DNA from: Squalus acanthias
Taxonomy: Eukaryota
Direction: 5' to 3'
NCBI GenBank assembly: GCA_030390025.1
Contig: CM059431.1
Location: forward strand, 153,266,001-153,330,000
Length of the DNA stretch: 64,000 nt
A program made the position numbers and the translations under genes. Numbering within the stretch: the first letter of the stretch is position 1; every line of letters starts with the position of its first letter. Shown piece by piece: positions 10,201 to 23,111 of the stretch. The notes beneath the pieces are model-generated. The model saw only the letters and a program-made list of their open reading frames with translations, was not told where the DNA came from and made no database searches.

Positions 10201-10837
10201 GGCCCGTAATTTCCGATAGGTGGCATCCTGCGTGCAGGAAAAAATTCTCCGACCTTACCTGAGGGCTCCCGAGTTCCGGACTCTTCCGCTCCTTGGCCTC
10301 TCCTGCTGCGCGCGCAAAGGCCCAGGTATCCCAGGGGCGCAGGCGGTTCGAAAGCATCCCTGGGATCACGTGGGCCAGGCGAGCCAATGGGAGAATGGGA
10401 GAAGGGAATCCCCTTCATACTTTTGATAGGTAGACCTGTCAAAAGTATGAATGGGGATGACTGAAAAAGATACAACATTAAATACATCTTTAAAAATCAC
10501 GGTTTTTAAATGCGTCAAAATTACATTAAATTAAATATGTTAAACAAAAATGTATTTACGGGGCTAAAAATAAACATAGCATTTTTAAACGTATTTTTCA
10601 ATTATAAATTAGTGGAACATTTTTTTTTTTACCTTTTTAATCCTTATGCTTTTACCAGGTTTAATATTTTTAAGGGATTTCAGCGGGCGAAGTTTCTGCA
10701 GAAAGCTGAACACTCCACCCGCAAAAGCCGTTCTTCAGTGCAGGCGTGCAATCTGTCAAGAGAATTATTGACAGATCGGAAGTGCCGGTTTTCAGCACAC
10801 AGCTCGTACACACCCGTAGGCATCGGAAATTACGGCC
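10201..10837. mobile_element. Non-autonomous DNA transposon (MITE-like) with terminal inverted repeats
   Basis: Left end ggcccgtaatttccgat; right end atcggaaattacggcc (reverse complement ggccgtaatttccgat); no transposase. Confidence 0.75.
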
Positions 10838-10924
10838 AATGTATTCTTCCTTGTTATCTATGTTTATGGGTGCTAATACGGACTGGCGAGCGTATTTTAT
10901 TCCTTGTGATGTGCATTAAGTATA

Positions 10925-11297
10925 TGTACTCGAATTGGAGGGAAGTGAATCGTGGTGTCCCACCAGGAACTGTGCTGGTGCCTCAACTATTCACTATATG
11001 TATTTATGATTTCGATAACACAATGGAGAGCCACAAATGCAAGTCCGCCGATGAATCACAGATTGGTGGGATAGTAAGTAGTGTAGCCGAGTGCATACAA
11101 TTACAAAGAGACATTACTAGATTAAGGCCGAGAAATTCGTCTAGGGCGGTGGCAAAAAACGTGCTGTATCGGATTCAGTTCCATCGACTGTAATATAACT
11201 GAATATCAGGCGCTGCGTATAACGGGCTGCCGATCCGATACCGCCCGTTTTCACCACCGACCGAGATGAATTTCTAGCCCTAAATGAATGTGCAAAA
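10925..11297 (+). mobile_element. Old CR1 RT fragment split by a MITE
   Basis: GVPPGTVLVPQLFTICI...KSADES...LQRDITRL, resuming atgaatgtgcaaa after the MITE. Confidence 0.75.
11126..11280. mobile_element. 155-bp palindromic MITE, PIF/Harbinger-like (TAA target duplication)
   Basis: Imperfect inverted arms ggccgagaaattcgtctagggcggtgg / ccaccgaccgagatgaatttctagccc, flanked by TAA at 11123-11125 and 11281-11283. Confidence 0.8.
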
Positions 11298-11554
11298 GAA
11301 AGGACTGGGAGGTTTCATGGTTAGATGTCACAGCAACGGCCAAAATACTGGGGTGTTTCCAGTAACACGTTGAATACAAACTGCAACACTCGGCCGAGTT
11401 CGATCTTACTGCAAACTTAGATTTAAACATCGCTCTGTGATGCTGTAAGCAAGCTAAATCCAGCTAAAGCTGCTGATACACTTAAGTTACGGTTATGCCT
11501 CAAATGATAGGACAATGGCTGGGGCACAAATCATGTCAACACTCAAGATTAAAT

Positions 11555-11997
11555 GAAAGAAATAATTTGGATTTATATCGCACTTTGCAGGAACTCAGGA
11601 CGTCCCAAAGCGCTTTACAGCCAATGAACTAATTTGGAAGTTGTTGTAATGTAGGAAAATCGCAAATATGAGCAGGACAATATCCCACAAACAACAATGA
11701 GACGATGACCAGACAATCTGTTTTAATGAATGTTGGTAAAGGGATAAATATTGGCTGGGAAACCTGCAGACCTCCCCAGCACTTCTTCCGGGAGCACCAC
11801 GGGATCTTTTACGTCGGCCAGAGAAGACAGGCGGTGTCTCAATTTAAAGTCTCATCCGAAAGACAGCACTTACGGCATTTCAGCACTCCCTCTGTACTGC
11901 ACTGGAGTGTCGGCTTAGATCTTGTGTTCAGGTCTCTTGAACCCATGTCCATCTGGTTCAGATGCATGAGTGCTTCCACTGAGCAACATTTGACACC
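11555..11997 (-). mobile_element. tRNA/Deu-domain SINE (SacSINE1-like), near full length
   Basis: Reverse complement of Deu core (gtctcatccgaaagacagcac, cagcactccctctgtactgcactgg) and tail (cccaaagcgctttacagccaatgaa). Confidence 0.85.
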
Positions 11998-12378
11998 TAA
12001 ATTATATATGATAGGCAGATGAAGGAAAAAAGCATTGAAGGGATATGGCACCAGGGCGGGTAGCTATGATTAGATGTATTTGCGGGACGGAAGGTGACCA
12101 CGGACATGGACTTTTTGGGCGCAGTCGCCTGTTTCCGTGTTCAAACTTCAATACTTCAATGTATTTCTCTGTACGATTAAGTACTTACTGTGCCTCTGAA
12201 AATGTAACCTTTCTTATAGAACTAAAAAGGTAATTGCATCTTATAGCGTTTTACTTCCTTGGGGCGCAAAATGTGTTTCACATCCTATCATTTGTGTTTC
12301 AAGAGCGGCTACTCTTGTTAGGGAGAAATATACAGCAACCAATGAGGCACACAGCAAGGCACCAAAATCAAATTACAT

Positions 12379-12950
12379 ATTACATAGGATTACATAGGAT
12401 ATACAGCATCGAAACAGGCCATTCGGCGCAACCAGTCCATGTCAGTGTTTATGCTCCACTCGAGTCTCTTCCCGTCTTTCCTCATCTAACTCTATCAGTA
12501 TAACCCTCTACTCCCTTCTCCCTCATATGTATATCTAGCTTCCCCTTAAATACATCTATACTATTTCCCTCAACCACTTCCTGTGGTAGCGAGTTCCACA
12601 TTCTCACCACTCTCTGGGTAAACAAGTTCTTTCTGATTTCCCTATTTGAATTCTTGGTGACTATCTTATGTGGATAATGTCTAGTTTTGCTCTTCCCAAC
12701 AACTGGAAACACTCTCTCTGTATCTACTCTATCAAAACTTTTCATAATTTTAAAGAACTTTATTAGTTCACCCCTCAGCCCTCTCTTTTCAAGAGAAAAA
12801 AGACCCAGCCTGTTCATCCTTTTCTGATAGGTATACACTCGCATTTCTGGTATCATCCTTGTGAATCTATTTTGCACCCTCTCCTGTGCCTCTATGTCCT
12901 TTTTATAATATGGCGAGCAGAATTCTATGCAGTACTCCAAGTATTCCGCA
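12379..12950 (-). mobile_element. 5'-truncated CR1 3' end
   Basis: LEYCIEFCSPYYKKDI...FTQRVVRMWNSLP; tail tacataggattacatagga. Confidence 0.88.
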
Positions 12951-12989
12951 ACATTACAGGGGATTTGACGTTCGACATTCAAATGATCC

Positions 12990-13222
12990 AGTATTTCGAA
13001 GTAGAGCAGGGGAGTCCTGGCCATTATTTACCCCTCAACCGACATCATTAAAACAGATAATCTGGTCATTATCACATTGCTGTTTGTAGGTCCTTGCTCT
13101 GCGCAAATTGACTGCGGCGTTTCCCACATTACAACTGTGATTAGACTTCAAACATCCTGTACAGCGCTTTGGGGCGTCCTGATTTCGTGAAATGTGCTAT
13201 ATAAACGCAAGTCTATCTTTCC
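12990..13222 (+). mobile_element. 3' half of a Deu-domain SINE
   Basis: gaagtagagcaggggagtcctggcc...cattatcacattgctgtttgt...cagcgctttggggcgtcctga...gctatataaacgcaag. Confidence 0.8.
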
Positions 13223-14344
13223 ATTTACTCTTAACTTTACTTAATGCTTCGAAAGTTACCTGATTAGAATTTTGCTGTGCCGGTCTCTTAACATCCTAAC
13301 GTCATTTAAACATTACAGAAGCTTAACCTGGAAAGCCTAAACTATATCAGGCTCATTGATTCATCTAAAAACAATAGGACTACCTTACGATGCTTCTGTG
13401 TAGGTACACATTATTTAAGAGGTTTTTCCTTCCTTGTCTTTACAGGACAGGGAATTCTCAAAGGGACACAAACTGCTGTAAAATTAAGACAACGCTGTCT
13501 CCTCGGAACTTCCGAATTCTCTCGCTGGAGATTGGAGAGCAGAATTCCTGTTGTGCGTCAACTTGGTGTTACTGGTCTTTCGCATTAGACACTGCAGGAA
13601 ATATAATGTGGCTATCTCTCGCTGGACTCATGTAGTGATAATATTTACTGGTCTTGGTAAACGTTATCTTTCTATTGAGAGCTGAATTAAAATGTACGTT
13701 GGTGACATTTGGTAAACCGGATACTTTCCGCTGTAGAGGGGTCTGGGTCATTCAATGGGATTGCACTCTCATTAACGAGTGAAATTTGTGCACATCACGC
13801 CTAGAATGATGGCGGGTAGGGGCTTCTCTCTGCTGGCTGGAGTGGTCCTCACTGAGATAAGTTAGCACATTTTCCACCCAGCCCTTTAGAGGACTGAGTG
13901 CACAAGGTAATTGCAGCAAATCAGGCATAATTTCGCACTAAATCAGCAGAAACGGTTCGAACATCGACAGAAGATCCAACATGGAAACTGGTCATTTCAC
14001 ACTAATGCAACAGAATGGTTCTGATAATTGATTGGTTTGATTTGATACTTGATTTGATTTGACATCCTTATATTGCTATGCGACTCTCCTCTGATCTCCA
14101 TCTTGTTTTTGGTGCATATTACTTGAACAAATTCTTGCAGTTAATGCTACAATCTGCAGATGTGCTTTTTTTGAGATTCATCTTTGTCCGTCTGTCCAAC
14201 GCGTATCTGAAAGTTTCCGTATTTACCGTGTGTCTCCATCACTATCCTTCTCTGTAAAAGTTCTTTCTCTTTTCACTTCTGATTGCTTCGTGAATCTGTT
14301 TAGAGCTGCGAGTCTTACAGTGCCCCCAGGATTGTTATTACTTC

Positions 14345-17300
14345 GAAACATAGAAGCACAGAAGATAGGAGCAGGATTAGGCCTTTCGGCCCCTGGAGCC
14401 TGCCCCACCATTTAATGAGATCATGGCTGATCATCCAAATTCAGTACCCTGTCCCTGCTTTCTCCCCATATCCCTTGATCCCTTTAGCCTTAAGAAATAT
14501 ATCTAACTCCTTCTTGAATATATTTAATGACTTGGCCTCAACTGTCTTCTGCGGTAGAAAATTCCACAGGTTCACTACTCTCTGGGTGAAGAAATTCCTC
14601 CTCATCTCAGGTCGACATAGCTTACCCCTTATCCTTAGTCTGTGACACCTGGTTCCGGACTCCCCCGCCATCGGGAACATCCTTCCTGCATCTAGTCTGT
14701 CTAGTCCTGTTAGAATTTTATAAGTTTCAATTAGATCACAGAAACATAGAAACATAGAAGATAGGAGCAGGAGTAGGCCATTCGGCCCCTCGAGCCTGCT
14801 CTGCCATTCGATGAGAAAATGGCTGATCATCCAAACTCAGTACCCTGTACCTGCCTTCTCCCCATATGCCTTGATACCTTTAACTTTAAGAAATATATCT
14901 CACTCATTCTGGAATATATTTAATGAATTGGCCTCAAGTATCTTCTGTGGTAGAGAATTCCATAGGTTCAGCACTCTGTGGGTGAAGAAATTCTTCCTCA
15001 TCTCAGGTCGACATAGCTTACCCCTTATCCTTAGTCTGTGACCCCTGGTTCCGGACTCCCCCGCCATCGGGAACATCCTTCCTGCATCTAGTCTGTCTAG
15101 TCCTGTTAGAATTTTATAAGTTTCAATTAGATCACAGAAACATAGAAACATAGAAGATAGGAGCAGGAGTAGGCCATTCGGCCCCTCGAGCCTGCTCTGC
15201 CATTCGATGAGAAAATGGCTGATCATCCAAACTCAGTACCCTGTACCTGCCTTCTCCCCATATCCCTTGATACCTTTAACTTTAAGAAATATATCTCACT
15301 CATTCTGGAATATATTTAATGAATTGGCCTCAAGTATCTTCTGTGGTAGAGAATTCCATAGGTTCAGCACTCTCTGGGTGAAGAAATTCTTCCTCATTTC
15401 TGTCCTAAATGGCTTACCCCTTATCCTTAGATTATGATGCCTGGTTCCGGTCTCTCCGATCATCGGGAACATTCTTCCTGCATCTAGTTTGTCCAGACCT
15501 GTCAGAATTTTATATGTTTCGATGAGATCCCCTCTCATTCTTCTATACTCCAGCGAGTATAAGCCCAATCGACGCAATCTCCCCTCATATGTCTTTCCTG
15601 CCATCCCAGGTATCAGCCTTCTGAATCTTCGCTGAACTCCTTCCATGGCAAGAACATCCTTCCTCAGATAAGGCGCCCAAAACTGCACACAGTACTCAAG
15701 GTGTGGTCTCACCAAGGCCCTATACAACTGCAGCAGGAAATCCCTTTTCCTATACTCAAACCCTTTCGCTATGAAGGCCAACATACCATTGCCTTCTTCA
15801 CCGCCTGCTGCACCTGCATGGTTACCTTCAGCGACTGGTGCACAAGGACACCTAGGTCTCGTTGCACTTCCCCTTCTCCCACTCTATTGGCATTCAGATA
15901 ATAGTTTGCCTTTCTGTTTTTGGCACCAAAGTGGATAACCTCGCATTTATCCACGTTATATTGCATCTGCCAAGCCTTAGCCCACTCACCCAACCTGTCC
16001 AAATCATCCTGGAGTTTCTCAGTATCCTCCTCGCAGCACACAAGCCCACCCTGCTTTGTGTCATCTGCAAACTTGGAGATATTACATTTAGTTCCCTTAT
16101 CTATATCATTAATGTATATTGTGAATAGCTGGGTTCCAAGGACCGAACCCTGCGGTACCCCACAAGTCACTGCCTGCCACTCGGAAAAAGACCCATTAAT
16201 TTCTACACTCTGCTTTCTGTTCGCCAACCAGTTCTCCATCCAAGTCAATATCTTGCCCGCAATCCCATGTGACTTAACTTTACAGGCTAATCTCTTATGC
16301 GGGACCTTATCGAAAGCCTTTTGAAAGTCCAAATACACCACATCGACTGGTTCTCCCTTATCTATTTTCCCAGTTACATTCTCAAAAAATTCCAGTAGAT
16401 TAGTCAAGCACGATTTACCTTTTGTAAATCCATGTTGACTTTGTCCGATCCTGTCTCTGTTTTTCAAGTGCTCAGCTGTTACATCCTTTATAATGGACTC
16501 TAGCATTTTCCCCACTACCGATGTTAGGCTTACTGATCTGTAATTCCCCGCTTTCTCTCTACCACCCTTTTTGAATAGTGGGGTAACATTAGCTACCCTC
16601 CAATCCATGGGTACAGTTCCAGATTCCATCGAATGTTGGAAGATGATCAGCAATACATCTACTATCTCTAGGGTCACTTCCTTAAGTACCCTAGGATGTA
16701 CATTATCAGGCCCTGGGCATTTATCGGCCTTCAATCCCATCAATTTCCCTAGCACCATTTCCCTGCAAATACTGATTTCTTTTAGTTACTCCCTTTCATC
16801 AGACGCTATGTTCTCCAACATCCCTGTGAGGTTATTTGTGTCCTCCTTTGTGAAGAGAGAACCAAAATATGCATTTAATTGGTCTGCCATTTCTTTGTTC
16901 CCCATTCTAACTTCCCCCGCTTCTGACTGCAAGGGAACGACACTTGATTTCGCTAATCTTTTTCTCTTCACATATGTATAAAAGCTCTTACAGTCAGTTT
17001 TTATGTTCCCAGCAAGCTTCCTTTCATATTCTATTTTCCCCTTCTTAATTAATCCCTTTGTCCTCCTTTGCTGAATGCTAAACTGCTCACAATCCTCAGG
17101 GTTACCTCTTTTTCTGACCAATTTATATGCCCTCTCCTGGATCTTAATATATCCAGAATTTCCCTTGTTAGGCACGGTTGAGTGACCCTTTTTTTATCCT
17201 TATGCCACACTGGGATGAAAAAATTCTGTAGTTCATCCATGCAGTCTTTGAATGTTTGCCATTGCCTATCCACCGTCAACCCTTTGAGTGACATTCCCCA

Positions 17301-20300
17301 ATCAAAACTACCCAATTCGCGCCTCACACCATCGTAGTTTCCTTTATTTAAATTCAGGACCCTAGTCTCTGATTCAACTACTTCACTCTCCATCCGAATG
17401 AAGAATTCTATCATATTATGATCACTCTGACCCAAGGGGCCTCGTACAACAAGATTGCTAATTACACCTTTCTCGTTACATAATACCCAGTCTAAGATGG
17501 CCTGATCTCTGTTTGGTTCCTCGACATATTGTTCTAGAAAACCATCCCGTAAACATTCTAGGAATTCCTCCTGCACAGTATTTTTACGAAGTTGGTTAGC
17601 CCAATCTATATGTAAATTAAAGTCACCCATAATGACTGCTGTGCCCTTACTGCATGCTTCTCTAATTTCCATTTTAATGTCGTCCCCAACCACCGTATTA
17701 CTGTTTGGAGGTCTATATACCACTCCCACTAACGTTTTCTGCCCCTTGATATTTCTCAGTACTACCCATATAGATTCTGCATCATCAGAGCTAATATCCT
17801 TCCTTTCAATTGTGTTACCCCCTCTTTAACCAGCAATGCTACCCCACCTCCCTTTCTTTTTTGCCTATCTTTCCTAAATATTGAATACCCCTGGATGTTG
17901 GGTTCCCAGCCTTGGCCACCCTGGAGCCATGTTTCTGTAATCCCAATGACATCGTATTCATTTACCTCTATTTGCGCAGCTAATTCATCCACCTTGTTCC
18001 GAATGCTCCTTGCATCAAGACACAAAGCCTTCAGGCTTGTTTTTTTAATGCTATCAGACCTGTATGAATTATTATTTACTGTGACCATGTTTGATTGAAA
18101 CCGTTGAGTTATTTGCCTTCTACTTTTGTTTTTCTCCTTCCTGTCTTTTGCTTTTATCCTTGTTTACCTTTCCTCTGTCTCCCTGCTCAGGTTCCCAACC
18201 CCCTGCCACTTTAGTTTAACTCCGCCCCCCCCCAACAGCATTAGCAAACACTCCCCCGAGGACATCGGTCCCGGCCCTGCCCAGGTGCAGACCGTCCAGT
18301 TTGTACTGGTACCACCTGCCCCAGAACCGGTTCCAATGTCCAATGAATTTTAATCCCTCCCCCTTGCACCATTCCTCTAGCCACGTATTCATTTGAAATA
18401 TCCTCCTATTTCTACTCTGACTAGCACGTGGCACTGGTAGCAATCCTGAGAGATTACTACCTTTGAGGTCCTATTTTTTAATTTACCTCCTAACTCCCTA
18501 TATTCTACTTTTAGGACCACATCCCGTTTTTTACCTATATCGTTGATGCCTATGTGCACCACGACAACTGGCTGTTCGCCCTAACCCTCCAAAATGTTCT
18601 GCAGCCGCTCTGAGAGGTCCTTGACCCTTGCACGAGGGAGGCAATACACCATCCTGGAGTCTGGTTTGCGGCCGCAGAAACGCCTATCTATTCCCCTTAC
18701 AATTGAGTCCCCTATCACTATAGCTCTTCTACACTTTTTCCTCCCAGCCTGCGCAGCAGAGCCACCCATGTTGCCAGGAAGTTGGCTGTTGCTGCCTTCT
18801 CCTGATAAGTCATCCCCCCCAACAGTATCCAAAATGGTATATCTGTTTGAGAGGGGAATGGCCACAGGGGACCCTTGCACTTCCTGCCTGCATCTCTTAC
18901 TCTGCCTGGTGGTCACCCATTCACTTCCTGCCTGTACACCCTTTACCTGCGGTGTGACCAACTTGCTAAACGTGCTATCCACGACGTCCCCTCTCATTCT
19001 TCTAAACTCCAGCGAATACAAGCCCAATCGTCCCAATCTCTCTTCATACGTCATTCCTGCCATCCCAGGTATCAGTCTGGTGAATCTTCGCTGCACACCC
19101 TCCATGGCAAGAATATCCTTCCTCAGATAAGGCGACCAGAACTGCACACAATACTCAAGATGTGGTCTCACCAAGGCCCTGTACAACTGCAGCAAGACAT
19201 CCTTGCTCCTGTACTCGAATCCTCTCGCTATGAAGGCCAACATACCATTTGCCTTCTTAACCGCCTGCTGCACCTGCATGCTTACCTTCAACGACTGGTG
19301 CACAAGGATTCCCACGTCTCGTTGCACTTGCCCTTTTCCCAATCTGTTGCCGTTCAGATAATAATCTGCCTTCCTGTTTTTGCCACCAAAGTGGTTAACG
19401 TCGCATTTATTCTCATTATACTGCATCTGCCATGCATCTGCCCAATCACCCAACTTGTCTAAATCATACTGGAGTTTCTCTGCATCCTCCTCACAACACA
19501 CACGCCCACCCAGCTTTGTGTCGTCTGCAAACTTGGATATATTACATCTAGTTTCCTCATCTAGATCATTAATATATATTGTGAATAACTGGGTTCCGAG
19601 CACCGATCCCTGCGATACCCCACTAGTCACTTCCTGCCACTCGGAAAAAGACCCGTTTATTCCAACTCTTTGCTTCCTGTCTGCCAACGAGTTCTCTATC
19701 CAAGTCAATACCTTACCCCCAATCCCATGTGCTTTAACTGCACGCTAATCTCTTATTCGGGACCTTATCGAAAGCCTTCTGAAAGTCCAAATACACCCCA
19801 TCCTCTGGTTCTCCCTTCAGTATTCTATCAGTTACATCCTCAAAACATTCCAGTAGATTAGTCAAGCATGATTTACCTTTTGAAAATCCATGTTGGCTTT
19901 GTCCGATCCTATCATTGTTTTCCAAGTGCTCTGCTATTACATCTTTTATAATAGACTCCAGCATTTTCCCCACTATCGATGTCAGACTTAACGGTCTATA
20001 ATTCCCCGTTTTCTCTCTCCCACCTTTTTTAAATAGTGGGGTTACATTAGCTACCCTCCAATCCATGGGAACTGTTCCAGACTCTATAGAATTTTGGAAG
20101 ATGATCAGCAATGCATTTAATATTTCTAGGGCCACTTCCTTAAGTACCCTAGGATGTAGATTATCAGGCCCTGGTGATTTATCGGACTTCAATCTCGTCA
20201 ATTTCCCTAACACCATTTCCCTCCAAATACTGATTTCATTCAGTTGTCCCTCTCATTAGACCCTATGTTCCCTGACATCTCTGGGAGGTTATTTGTGTCC

Positions 20301-20898
20301 TCCTTTGTGAAGACAGAACCAAAGTATGTATTTAATTGGTCCGCCATTTCTTTGTTCCCCATTATAAATTCCCCTGATTCTGACTGCAAGGGACCTACGC
20401 TTGACTTCACTAATCTTTTTCTCTTCACATATCTATAGAAGCTTTTACAGTCAGTTTTTTGTGTTCCCAGCAAGCTGACTCTCATACTCTATTCTCCCCC
20501 CTCTTAATTAATCGCTTTATTCTCCTTTGCTGAATCCTAAACTGCTCCCAATCCTCTGGTTTGCTGCTTTTTCTGGCCAATTTATATGTCCTCTCCTTGG
20601 CTGTTATGCTATCCCTTATTTCCCTTGTTAGCCACGCTTGAGTCACCTTTTTTTTATGCCGATCTGGGATGAACAAATTCTGTAGTTCATTCATGCGATC
20701 TTTAAATGTTTGCCATTGCCTATCCACCATCAACCCTTTAAGTAACGTTCCCTAATCCATCCTAGCCAATTCGCGCCTCACACCATCGTAGTTTCTTTTA
20801 TTTAAATTCAGGACCCTAGTTTCTGAGTCAACTGATTCACTCTCCATCTTAATGAAGAATTCTATCATATTATGGTCGCTCCTCCCCAAGGTGCCTCG
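14345..20898 (-). mobile_element. Composite CR1 block: host CR1 (20898-18986, resuming ~15133-14345) with a nested CR1 (~18985-15134) and a 396-bp tandem duplication
   Basis: The host RT breaks at RRMRGD (~18986) and resumes at DLIETYK. The insert runs from mid-ORF1 (VVDSTFSKLVTP...IGDS) through a frameshifted EN/RT to a (TTTCTATG)n tail. Three 3' UTRs start near 14345, 14740 and 15136. Confidence 0.88.
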
Positions 20899-23111
20899 TT
20901 CTTGTAACACACCCATTATATTACGCTTCAATATCCAATTTCACAGGAAAACAGGAACATTAAGAACAGGGATACACCCTCTGGCGCCTGCTTCGCCATT
21001 CAATGGCTACTCTGTACCTCAATCTTTTTGTAACATTATGTATTTGACCCAACAAGAAATCAGGTCTTACTAGATTTAGTGATGAGTAATGGGCCCCGAA
21101 TCTTCCAATAAGATAACGGTAAGGAACACCTAGCTAACTGTGACCATAACATGATTAGTCATGGGAGGGAGAAAGATGAGTCACGAACCAAGTTTCTAAA
21201 TTTAGGTCAAATGAACGGTAGAGGGGTGAGGCAAAAATTTACAACAATAAACATCTCTGAACTAGTCATGGCTAAAACTACACATGAATGGTGAGAGGTT
21301 TTCAACTACAAATTTGATAGAACACTGCACCTGTGCATACCTTTATAGGGCAAGAGCGCTACTTGTTTAAATAAAGAACCTTGGTCAACAAGAGACGTGA
21401 TGGATAGTCTGAAATAAAACAAAAGGGCTTATATTAACGCAAAGAACAGTGAATATCTCGAGGGCTAGGGGAGATATAAAGAACAGCAAAGGGATGCAAA
21501 GAAAGTCATCCGAGCTTCTAATAGGGAATATAAGAATAAACTTGCGAGGGGAAGCAAGGACAAAACTAAAGTTTTTTTTACAAGTGTATTAAGAGTAAAA
21601 GGGTGGCCAAGATTAATGTAAGACTCTTAAAGACAGATACATATGATATTGTAATTGAAAAGCAGAAATAGCAGATTTGTTAAATATTCACCTTTTATCG
21701 ATCTTCACAGCAGAGGATGAGGATAAAGTACCAGAGATACAAGGAAAAGGAAAAATAATTCAAGGAGAGCAAATTTCTAAATTTAATATAAGTTTTTAAA
21801 ATGATAATGGAGAAAATAATGAGAATAAAGGTGGACAAGTCTCCAGGAACTGATGGTTTCCTGTCCAGGGTATTAAAAGGAACAGGTGATGACATGGTAG
21901 ATGCTCTAGTCATGATCTTTTCAAACTCTCTGGATTCAGGAATTGTCCCCTTGGATTAGGAAATTGCCAATGTCAACCCACTATTTAAGAAGGGTAATAG
22001 AGATAAACTGGGAAATTTTAGCCATATTAGTCTAACGTTTGTTGTGGGGAAGTTGCTAGAATCTATTATTAGGGACAGAGTGACTGAGCACTTGGACTAG
22101 CGTGAACTGATCAGAGAGAGCCAGCATGTATTTGTAAAGCTTTAGTCATGTCCAAATAAACTAGTTGATTTTTTGGAGGAGGTAATTAACGTTGTAGATA
22201 CGTGAGTGTCTGTGGAATTTATTTATATGGATTTCCAGAAGGCATTCGATAAGGTTCCAGATAAGAGACTGTAAACAAAAATTAGACACAATGAAATTGG
22301 ATAGAAGCTATTGAAATGGATAGGGAATCGGTTGGGAAATAGGCAACATAGGGATAATTGTTAAATACTCCAATTGGCAGCAAGTGCATAGAGATGTCCC
22401 TCAGGTTCCTGTACTTTGGTCTCAGATGTTCACTATATTAATAAATGACTTAGCTGAAGAACTGGAGATCCATATATCCAGGTTTGATGACAACACCAAG
22501 TTAGGTGGCGCAGTAAGTAATGTAGATGGAAGCAGAAAGTTGCGAAAGGGCATTGATAGATTAAGTGAGTGGGTAATACTGTGGCAGATGGAGATCAATG
22601 TGCGGAAGTGTGTCGTCATCTACTTAGTGGCTAAGAATGATAGACCAGACTACTTTATAAATGATGAGAAACTATGGTCTGTGGAAGAGGAGAGAGATTT
22701 ATGGATCCAAGTGCTGAAATCACTAAAGCCAGTGCACTGGTGCAATTATAATTTAAAAGGCTAATGTAGTGTTGGCCTTTATCTCTAGGGGTCTGGAACA
22801 CACATGGTTGGAAGTTATGCATCAGTTGTATAAGCCTTGATTGAACTTCTTCTCGAGTACTGCGTTCAGTTTTTGGCAGCAGGTCTCAGGCAGGATATAT
22901 TGGCTTTGGAGGGGGTGCAGTGCAGATTCACCAAAATGAAGCCGCTGCTTCGATGGGTAAGTTCTCATAACACGTTGTTTAAACGCTTCCTTGTGTATAG
23001 GCGATTGAGGAGTGAGCTGTTCGAGGTGCATAAATTGTCAAGAGGATCAGATAGGGTTGATGCAGAGAAACTATTCCTTCTGTTGACAAATCAAGAACGA
23101 GGGGACATAAG

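Noticed and set aside
9871..10487. Overlapping Arg/Pro/Ala-rich ORFs
   Set aside because: Products of the GC-rich 76-bp repeat and the adjacent MITE.
13420..13640. Acceptor-like polypyrimidine tract followed by a short ORF
   Set aside because: No recognisable homology or partner exon in any frame.
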